Source: Paragordius varius (Eukaryota > Animalia > Nematomorpha). From it: DNA of 64,000 bases. The DNA lies in contig OZ176054.1 in assembly GCA_964247055.1 (NCBI GenBank), forward strand, positions 11,780,001-11,844,000, read 5' to 3'. A program made the position numbers and the translations under genes. Below, in pieces: positions 28,200 through 39,100 of this stretch. A model generated the notes under the pieces. That model had not been told where the DNA came from. It searched no databases and saw only the letters and a program-made list of their open reading frames with translations. Each line of letters opens with the position of its first letter. The first letter of the stretch is position 1.

Positions 28200-30241
28200 T
28201 TAACATTTCATTTTTTTTGGATTTTTTTCCAATTTCAAGGGGTATTTAGATTTCGAAATATCATTACAAGGCGTATGTTGGGGTTTTCGACATTTGTCAC
28301 ACACTTGACAATGTTTAAATGACTTATTTTGAGCTATGTGGGGTGGACAATCATCACATATATTGCAATGTACAACATCCTTGTGAACTAATTTTTGACA
28401 CTTTTCACATTTTCTATAATAATGATTAAATAAATGAATTTGATAAAATTGTATAAAACAAAACAATAATTTAAAACACACATTATTATTTTTTTTAAAA
28501 AAAGAATACCACAATTTTTTGATTATTCCACGTTAGGGGTTGCGAAATATAAAGGTTGTAAATTGGAAAGTAAATAACATACTCAATTTCATATTTCAAA
28601 ATGGTAAACATATAAATTATATATAAAAAAAATTATGGATCAACAAATATAAATTGCTATAAATTTTTTTATACTTTTCATGTTTAGCCATAATACTATC
28701 AAATTTACAGCAAAAATTAAATTTATAAAAATAGACTTGTATATGGAATTTTCCTGGTTCAATATATTCGGGTTCAAAAATCGCTGCAAAGGTATGGAAG
28801 TAAAAAATCGTATTGGTGTTTTAGATTCACGGTCATAACCCTTACCATGATTTTCGTAAGTAACCTAACATAAAATTTTTAGCTGGTAAAATTTTGAGTA
28901 ATTTTTAAATCGAATATACAGTAAAAAATTAATTATACATACAAAACGTAAAATATAAAGACAAATATTTTTTTCCAATAGACAACCATACTTTTAAAAT
29001 CTTAATTATTTTAAATGGAAGTCATTGTTTTGAACTGTAGAGTAGGAAATAGAGATGTTTGGTAAAAAAATCAATTATTTATTTTACAATTGAAATTAAA
29101 TGATTTTTTTAGGATAAATTAAGGTTTTAAATTGTATGGTTGTCTTTTGAAAAATTTGTTTTTGTATTTGTATTTTTAAGTTTTGTCCTTATAATTAAAT
29201 TTTTACTGTAAAATCGAGAATATTACGATAAATTAATAAAGTTTTTTTAAACTTTAAAAATAATTATATAAATACCTTGAATTCAGATTGTTTCAAGGTT
29301 GGGTTTGATTTTTGAATTTTAAGATTCATAAAAAATGGAGCGACTAATATTACATCAATTTGCAAATTTTCATTCACAGTTTTTATAGAATCCATCAAAG
29401 CGTTTATTCCATGTAAAATAATTTCCATCATTATTCCGAAAGGAGGATCACATACGATTAATAAAGGTTTGTCCTGACCGTCGTTTATAAACTTTTCGAA
29501 ATTTGATCTGAGTAAAAAATTTATAGATTTTGAATATTATTTGAAAAAAAGACAGCTTTCCATAAATAAAATTTAATTAATATAATAGGAAAACCTTCCT
29601 TTATTGGTATAAAAATGATTGGAGCACATATTATAATGAGCATATTGACTTGGCTTTAAAACATGACAATATCTTGCATCTATGTCGATCAAAAAAGATT
29701 TGTTAATAAAACCGATTTGCTTAATAAGATAATTATGTAGACTTGGGGTTCCAACACATAAAACCTATATAGATTAAGCACAAACCTTATAATTATTATC
29801 CTGAACGATACATTGTAAAAATTTTAAAGTATTTTGTGAAAACATATATTGAGCCAGTGAGTGTTTGTCATTTTTTGGTTGCAAAAAATTATTTAAAACG
29901 GTTGATGTTACCATACACTCGGATTTTTTCACATGATTTTGTTCCGAATCCTCAATAAACATATTGCAATTATCACAATACAACGCGGTATCAACATCTA
30001 AAACCAATTTTTTATAGTATTTATATTTTAGCTCATGGTGTAGTGTTTTGGTTTTAAAAGATTTGTATAATTTGTTCCAATGCGGTTTAACTTTTTCCCC
30101 GTCCTTATAGTAAAAAGAGCATTTTTTCTTATCTCTGAATGTTGAACAAGCATAAAATAGGACGTCATTCTTTTTGCTAAATTTAATAACAGGGCCATGC
30201 TCACAAAATATTTCGTCTGCAATACTCACAAAATTATACAT
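28200..30241 (-). CDS. ZCCHC4: rRNA N6-adenosine methyltransferase ZCCHC4 (28S m6A), 5 exons
   Basis: N-terminal GRF zinc finger (CEHGP..FYACSTFRDKKKCSF), LAQYMFS, |VLCVGTPSLH (after 21-nt intron 29765-29785), catalytic VCDPPFG, TPIRFFTSIP, Cys-rich tail (CEKC..HCNICDDC..HCQVCDKC). Confidence 0.93.
28919..29208. mobile_element. MITE family A copy in a ZCCHC4 intron
   Basis: ta|CAGTAAAAAATT...ATTTTTACTG|ta. Confidence 0.82.
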
Positions 30242-31200
30242 TTGTTTTGCAGAGTGAGTGAATAAATAAATGGACCGCGTAGCTTTAAAATTAAAAATAA
30301 TATAAAAGGTAATAATTTATTTTTAGTCTTCACATGATAACATATTTTTGTCATTGATTTATATTTTATAACAGGAATTTTATGCTATGCCAGATATTTA
30401 AAACCTGGACGCAGTACAAAATCAAAAAATTCTTTGCCTGTTTTTACACCATCGGTGTGGTATATTACACAGTTTCCACAAAAAAATATCCCAAAATTAT
30501 CTTGGTGCTTTTGGTTTTAACCTTTACGAGTTACTAAATGTTAGTTACAATTTTGTGGCAGGTGTTCCGTAAAAATTGCAAAAAGCGCAATTTTTTTAAT
30601 AATTTTTGGTGAAAGCTAAATGCTTAATTTCAAAAAATATCACTAAAATATAAGGTAAACTACATATAAAAAGCAAAAAATATTTTTTTAAAAAAAATTC
30701 TTACATGTTGCACTGTCCCAAATTTTTTGGCTCTTATAAAATGGACTGTTTTCTAAAAGTAAACGCAAAAACTCCGACATTGTGCAATATTTTAAATTAC
30801 CAAATTTTGATACCAACTAAATATGTTTTTTAAAAAATGCACACTTCTAAAAATTTAATTTTTAGCAAAATTTTTAAGCGTACTTCATATTATTTTTGAC
30901 ATGGGAAATTATATAAACGGTTTAGATGTTATAACATTATATATATATAATTCGATAATGCCAATTCTCAATCAAAATTTTGTTTAAAATATTCGTTCGT
31001 TTTCAAATTTATGTTAAATAATAATTGTGTTTTTTAACAAAAATTCACCAAACTTTGCAAGCAAAACCTTTAAATTAAAAATCTGAACCTATACTAATGT
31101 TCCACATCATCAAATTAGTTAGAATGGATTTATTAAAGCGTTATACCGTTTCCATCCTGTACGCTTCAACAAAATATCTCAAATTTGTTTATGCAATTAA

Positions 31201-31510
31201 CACTTCGATTCAAATTGGGGCATCTAAATACCCCAGACTAAAATTGAGTTAGGATTTAAAAAAATACTGATGGAAACGGGCCCAATTTAAATTTATGCTT
31301 CTATCCTAATAAAAATTATATAAATATGCCAAAACTTCTAAATAAAATTTTGTTTTGAAAAAAAAGTTCCATGTCAAATTACTTGGTCACCATTTTTATT
31401 TTACAAAAATTTTGCATATCCTGTTTATTTAATTCTAACGTTAAAATTAAAGCTAATTAGCTGTTTATTTTAAATTATTAATTTTACTATTGCACGCATG
31501 TCACGACAAT
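31201..31510. mobile_element. MITE family C copy, truncated at its right end
   Basis: ttaa|CACTTCGATTCAAATTGGGGCATCTAAATACCCCAGAC, near-identical to 41377 onward. Confidence 0.75.
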
Positions 31511-31699
31511 TTAATTAAAGGCCCTAGTTTATTTATCAAAATGAAAATTAAAGTTGGATGCTTTTTAAAATTATTTACTGGGCTTCACCCTATACGTATA
31601 AAAATTTTCAACGTAATAAATAAAAATACCATGCGTTACTGCTTTGGATAAAATTAATTTATTTCATATCAAAGACGGATGATAAACCACATAATGTTG

Positions 31700-32330
31700 G
31701 TGTGTGTATTGCTACAGTCGAGGTCGACTTTTTGCAATATTGTAAATAGAACTTCTTCATAAATTGCGGTTTTTAGTTTTAATGTTGAGTTCAACCAAGG
31801 TTGCGTGGGTTTCTTGTTAAATATTGTCCATCCTTATCCTTCTTCGGCCCCTTTTACGTGTACCACTAATTTAACCCAACACCAAGGATTTTTTAGTAAA
31901 TTAGATATCATAATGTGGCCAAAGTAAGATAATTTGGTGCGGATGCACCTTCCTAGCAATGACATGTCGGGATTGATTTTATTCAAAATTGCATTGTTAA
32001 TTATTTTTTCCGTCCATTTTATTTGTATAAGTTTTCTCGAGATCCCCATTTCCAAGGATTTATCCGTGTGTCGGATTTTTTTAAAGTCCAACCACCCATA
32101 GAGGAAAGTTGGAAAAACGAATGCATTTGCAATCATTCTTTTTAAGTTGACATCATAGGATGCTCAAATTTTGTTATAATTGTTTGCAGCCGTCTTGGCC
32201 TGGCTATCCTTTTTTTCTCAGGAGTACAATAATTATCATCATGTATTAAGCTCCCCAGATATGTGTACTTTTGACTGTTTTAATAGAGTTCCTGTTAACG
32301 ATTTAGCGTTTGCAACCAAATGACGTTCAG
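31700..32330 (-). mobile_element. Decayed 3' fragment of a BovB-like RTE LINE
   Basis: Frameshifted translation: YTYLGSLI, IANAFVFPTFLYG, ISRKLIQIKWTEKIINNAILNKINPDMSL, KLSYFGHIM, IAKSRPRL. This parallels the BovB/RTE C-terminus as I recall it (KAMVFP..YG..W..SN.SIL..I.P..SL..KL.YFGH..VAKSRTRL). Confidence 0.8.
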
Positions 32331-33112
32331 GCTTTTATTTCTGTTTTCGAACTTTTAATATTTTCTAACCCGTTTTTTAATTCTCAGTTTGCTAAATATT
32401 TTTATAAACCCAATTCAAATCATTTTGATTAAGTTCAAGCGACGCGTGACACTGGTAATAAAAATATGTTCGATATAAATATATGAATATAAATATTGTT
32501 TTGATTTTAAAACAATATAAAGATAACAACAGAATATGTAACTTTAAAACATTCAGCTCTTTTGAAAATATTATTAAGCATAATTCGAGCGGATTTGGAG
32601 GTTAGAAAGAAATTTAAAACTCTATATATATAAAATTTCACGGTAACATTTAACAACTAATCAGTAAGTACAAGTTCCAAATCAGCCGCTAAATATGGAA
32701 TCAATGAGGAGAAGTAGGAGAAAATAAACTAAGGTTTGATTCAAGGATATGTTTCGCTAAAAATAATTCATAAGATTATAATAACTAAGCCGGAAACGAC
32801 CGAAGGGAAAATGAAAAGATATAAATAAGCATGTAAATTTCAATAAAAATCTATAAATCTAATGAGTTGTGGCCATCGATTTAAAAAATCAACCAGTAAA
32901 GCAAGAAATGCTAAAAAATGCCCTTTACTCTTATTATTATTGAATATTGTTACATATAAAATTATATAAAATATTATCATAAGTTGCTGAACCCTATATG
33001 ACATAAGGAAAATTAGCAAGATGTATTCAAACAAATAATTTATTAACTTGTATAATTTTCGAATACAAATATGAAAATGACAGATTACAGTCAAATAAAT
33101 ATTTTATTAATA

Positions 33113-36100
33113 TCAAAAATTATTCGTTAAAATTGAACTAGAAACTACAAACGGTGGAGTTTGTGTACAGTGTGGATTCGTAGTTACATTGTTTTCGATA
33201 TTAATAATATTTGTATGGTTATTTTTCGATTCAGAGTCAAGAAAACATAGATTATTTTTGTTGAAACTATTGTCATCATTTGGATTAAGGACCGAAACTT
33301 CGTTTGTAAATCCTGTAAGTGGAATGTCTAGGTTAAAATTGGTTGCAGAAAAATTTTGAGAAGCTATGGTGTGGTCATAGGTTAATGGTTGAGACATTAC
33401 ATTGTCATGTTTAAAAGGCTTGATTGATTCAATATAGCCTACATATAATACGAACAAATAAAAAAACACCCAAAAATAACTTCATAGAATGTGTTAGCAT
33501 AAAATTTAATTTTAAAACATTATTTATTTAAAATAATTCGAAAACAAGCGGCGCATCATATTATCTCATTATAATAAGTTTTAAAAAATTCATATTTTAT
33601 GTAAATCTTTTTATTATGAATCCAAATAAGAATCAAAAAAGAATTCATAACAAAAAACGTATTTAAATTATTAAATTTTTTGTGCTGAGCACTTACAATA
33701 TTTTTGGTGATCACATACAAATTATTTAGTAGTTAACTCTTTCAAAAATTGTAAATGTACCCAAAAACTGTATATCAACTAATATTATTAAACAGTAAAA
33801 ACCAAAATCAATCTAAAGAAAAATCATAAATCATAAGATTCCATACCAGGTTTCCCCCAAACACTAGCGAATTTAGCGTGTTTCCGGTGCAAGTGTCGCT
33901 TCAAACTATGTTTCATTTTAAGTTTCATGTGACAAAAGGGACATTGGTAGGCCGCCGTAGAGGGTACGTGAGCCCGTGTGTAATGATCCAACATTTTATA
34001 ACGTAACAGATATCGTTTCCCACAACCCGGGCAGACGAATGTTTTATCGTCTGTGTGTTGACGAATGTGTTGCATACAATACTCTTTGGAGGAATAAACT
34101 TTGTGACAAACGGGACATGAGTAACGTTGTTGTACGTGGGTATTCATGTGTTTAGCTAAATTACCTATATACACAATATAAAATATTTCAAGTGGAAGTA
34201 AAAAATTCATTTCTTTACTCCTAATATTAATTTCTTTACTACAAATATTATTTTATTAAATCCACTGTAAGGTGACAATATAAATTTTTTAGACAGAATC
34301 GGTTACGATGTTTAAAATAAATATAGCGGTGTTATTTCTCATGAAAATTATAAGTTTTAATCTAAATATATGTATATATGCAATGGATGAGTAAGTGTTA
34401 TTAAAGCATATATATTAATATAACTCATAATAATAAAAATATATAGCATATTGATGGTGATATTATTTTTTAAATATGAAAATAGAAAACTCTTGCAGTT
34501 AAATTACAAAATGTCTATCATATTAAAAAAAACTACTATTGCAGCATTTAGGAATTTTTCAAATCCTCCCTAAAACCGTTAAATAAACAGTTAATCAAAA
34601 ATTAATAGGGCATATTGGATTAATGTCAATAACAGATGACAATATTGCATTCATCATTGCTACTGATTCGAATACACTACCGCTATAAAAAAATATTATT
34701 TTCAACACTTTTCTCAACATATGTAAAATTATATTTAATATGTTAATACTTTCTAAAACAATGATGTTCAAAGTGGGCAGGTAATTAATATTATTTGTAA
34801 AAAAACAACCAAAAAACGCCGCCATCTTACCTTTTTGCAAAAACGTTTTCGCACAAACAGAACATGCATGCAGCTTTTCAGACCCAACAGGGGCATGGAG
34901 TTTCAAATGGTTATCCAGGGCACATTTGCTTTTAACAATTTTACCACACAACGAACATGCATAGTAATTATTGCTGGGATTTACATTAATTTTTGCTTAA
35001 GTCCGACTGGGGTGTAAAGTCCGACTCTCACCTCCACGTGGTGCACCCTGGATATCCAACCAACGAGAGCGGCACATGGAAAGGCATGCGTATGGTCTGA
35101 TGTGGTGTGGGGCGTGGTGAGCATGGGAAAGGGCTTCTCATGCTCTATAAAAAATACCACAATGCCTGCAGTCACACAATCGATAAAGCGGGAACTGGCG
35201 CTATAACCAGAGCCCTTCCAACGACACAAAAATGATGGTACAACGTATGGTATACTATCGATATCTGAATGCGGGGAGGAAACTTCGTTAGCCCTGTAAG
35301 GCAATTTCCTAGGTTTGAAAGCCAAATAAATTTCCCTATTAAATGCTAGGACTGCATTTACCCCTCCTCGGAGTTAAGAGGTTTATTTTAAGGGCATAAA
35401 ATTGTAAAACTTTGCCTCATTTTTAAAATAATGATAACTACAACTAAAATGATTTTAAAACGACAAACTTTTAAATATGCGACGTGGAATGTAGGATCTC
35501 TAAGAAACAAAACTATAGATATTGTAGAAAAGCTTAAACTATTACAAATCGATGTTTGTTGCTTACAAGAAACAAGGTATTCTGGAAGCGGCAACTTTAC
35601 CGCTGGTGATTATAAATGCTTTTATCAGGGAGGAAATAAGGCGACAGGAGGTGTCGGAATTCTTTTACATGAAAAGCACTGTGACAACATCCTCGATGTT
35701 TTAAGACACAATGACCGTATAATCCAAATTAGATTAGTACATAGTAACTCCATAATAAATATTATATGTGTATATGCCCCACAACCAGGACTCGCAGACA
35801 GTCTAAAACAAAAATTTTGGGATCAACTTTTTGAAATAATGCGTAAAGTTCATGATAAAGACCTGATAATGATTGCCGGCGACATGAATGGACACGTGGG
35901 TAAACAAGGAATCGAATATGCTGGTATACATGGTGGTTTTGGATACGGACTGCTAAACAAAGAAGGAGAATCCGTCCTTGATTTCTGTGCAATGTTCAAC
36001 CTATGCATATTAAATACAAACTTTACCAAACCTGATCATAAGCTATATACATATTCCTCAGGAAATGCAAAATCTCAAATAGATTATATTCTGATTCCAA

Positions 36101-39100
36101 AGGAGAAAAGAAAAATATGCAATGATACAAAATGTTACAATACTGACACCCAACATAGGCTAGTAGTATCTACCTTACTATTTGGATCAAATTTCAAATC
36201 CATACCAATAAGACACCACAAACCCAAACCAAACATTAAAATGCTTCAAAAACCCATATATGCTGATAAGTTTATGGAAGCTGTCAATATAGATTTAAAC
36301 GAAAGTCGCTTAACCGATAACAACGTGGGTCAAACCTGGGATCTTTTTAAAAATTCCTTACTCAAGAACACCAAGGCAATATGTGGCATGACAAAGGGCG
36401 CTAGGAAAAGGAAGTCAAATTGGTGGTGGAGTGATGAGATTAAACCCCAAATCAAATCACGAAACCGAGCCTTTCGATTGTGGAAAAAAACCCATAAAGA
36501 GGAAGATCGAAAAAAATACTTACAATTACGTAGCGAAGTTGCGAAATTAATTACCAAACTCAAACACGAAAACAGCATAAAAATTGCAGAGTCGCTAGAG
36601 AAGGATGCAAAAAATTTCAAAATCTTTAATCGAATGAAATTATCAAATGAAAACAAAAAAGATATTCCCAAAACGAAATATATTAAAGATAAAAATGGTA
36701 ATATTCAAACAAATCATTCCGAGGTTATAAAAATATGGGAAGACTATACCAAAGATCTTCTGAATACAACAAATCCATATCATATTCCTTCCATGAATAT
36801 CAACAATAAACATTCGATTTTAGAATTTTCGTTAGCTGATGTGGAAAATGCGCTAAAAAAAATGAAAAATAATAAATCCAGTGGACCTACCCAACTATCT
36901 TCCGATATAATAAAAAAATCAGGAAAAACTGGATTACAATACCTCACTAATCTTTTTAATCTTATAATTCGATACCAAACCATACCGCCGGATTGGGAAG
37001 AAAGCATTACAATCCCCATTTATAAAAATAAAGGCAGTCAGTTAGAATGTTCTTCCTATAGATCGATTAAACTTTTAGAACATGCTTTAAAAATATTCGA
37101 AGTTGTATTAGAAAATAAATTAAGGAACCAGGTAACATTATCATCCTCTCAATTTGCCTTCCGTCCAAGCCACTCAACTACAGACGCCATATTCGTCTTA
37201 AAACGTATACAAGATAACTATCTTTTAAAAAATAAAAAACTATATCATCTTTTTCTTGATTTGGAGAAAGCTTTTGATAGAGTTCCCAGATCATTAATTC
37301 CATGGGCTTTAAAAGTAAATAACGTGGATGAACAACTAATCCAAGCTATCATGCTTCTATATCAAAATTCTAAAACATTTGTTAGAACCCCTATGGGAGA
37401 TTCTGATTCCTTTGAAATTAAAGTAGGACTCCATCAAGGTTCAGCCTTAAGTCCCTTGCTGTTTATTACAATACTAGACGCTGTTACTCGCGATATTCGG
37501 TTAAATCTGCCATATGAAAGTATATATGCAGATGACATAGTTCTTACCGCAACCTCGATTTCAGACTTAGAGAAAATGTTTATACAATGGCAACAACAGC
37601 TAACCAAATTCGGATTCAAAATAAATGAAAATAAAAGTAAAATCCTGATAACGGGTGAACCCCACAATGAAATTAAATACCCATGCGGAGTTTGCGGATT
37701 AAATGTTGGATTTGATTCTATTCTCTGCTCTGCATGTAAAAAATGGTGTCACAAAAAATGTACAAACATTATCGGCAAACTATCCGAACAGATAAATTTC
37801 AAATGCGAATCATGCGTGCAGCATTCACCGCCCCCATCAATTAAGCACATAGTCCTTAGTAACTCAAGCTTTGAAGTGGTAACCGAGTTTACCTATCTTG
37901 GCGACAAAATAACATCAGACTCATCAAACAATAGCGCAATAAATGCAAGAATAAACCGTACCTGGGGAAAATATCATCAGCTAAAATACATTCTTAAACA
38001 AAAGCACATATCTATTAAAACAAAAGGCTTAATTGATAAAATGGGCATAAGACCAGTTTTGACATATGCCACAGAAACCATGGCATTGACACAAACTCAA
38101 GAGAAACGTTTTATCAGCGCGGAAAATCGCATACTACGCCTGATGTCAACGCAACTAAATCCTCAAGATATCCGCAATCACATACAAATGGAGCCTATAG
38201 ACAAATTCATTCAATTCAAAAGAATGAGGTACTACGGTCACCTTGATCGTATGAATCCTGACAATCCGATCAGGACCTCATTCGACATCATTCCACCCGG
38301 GAACAATAAGCCCGGTCGTCCACGTTTAACCTGGACTAAAAAGATTGATCTGGATTTCCAACAACTCAAACTGCTAAAAACAGATTGTATCGATAAAGAA
38401 CTATTTCATAAAAAGTTGGATAGCTTACGATGGTGCACCATCAAAGCTTACTGCTAAACAACAACAACAACATTTGACTGTGAGACTCTGACGTAGTTTT
38501 TTGGCAAATGGGAGATAAAATATTATTATTATTATTATGATGATTAACGACATTAACCAGTTGACCATCTTGAAGGACAATCAAATTTTCATGGACGCGC
38601 CCGTGTTCTTTAAGCGTATCTTTACGATGAAACCGTTTACCACATATGGGGCATGGGAAACGCCGTTCTCCATGTAAAACGCGATGATTCCTAAGGGCAT
38701 TTAACGATGCAAATTTTTGACCGCAAACTTCACAAATGTATGGATCAAGTCTATCCACAAGTATGCGTGATCGACTTAAATTACGAGTTTTATCCGGCAA
38801 AGTATTAACTAAACCACTAATTTTAGTTTGATTATAAGAACATAAATGTTCCTGCAACATGAGACGCAAATGAAAAGATTTATGACAAGCGCTACATTTA
38901 TGCATGGCCGGGAGATCAGAATGTATTGCCTGGTCAGAAAGATGTTCTTCCAACTGTATCAAAGTGGGGAATTGAGTAAGGTTATCCAAACTCATAAATG
39001 GCATTTTCGGATTTATATCGGAGAATAAATTAGAATTGCTCTCACAACATAACGTACAAACGTATGAAACGGATTCACATTTGTGTTCAGCTAAAGTTGT

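Larger units (their letters stand above)
34999..38473 (+). mobile_element. Full-length RTE-type non-LTR retrotransposon (GC-rich 5' UTR, single ORF, (ACA)n tail)
   Basis: Abrupt rise in GC at about 35000, a 1008-aa uninterrupted APE+RT ORF, and a tandem ACA tail directly after the stop codon. No clear long TSD; at most TT microhomology. Confidence 0.93.

Noticed and set aside
35090-35135. Possible hammerhead ribozyme (CUGAUG ... GAAA)
   Set aside because: The core reads CUGAUGU rather than CUGANGA, and no consistent three-stem junction forms
34981-35325. 114-aa minus-strand ORF over the LINE 5' UTR
   Set aside because: It is in a different frame from the zinc-finger exon, and GC-rich UTR DNA simply lacks stops
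35762-37667. Minus-strand ORFs overlapping the LINE ORF
   Set aside because: Antisense shadows of the long plus-strand ORF with no protein-like features
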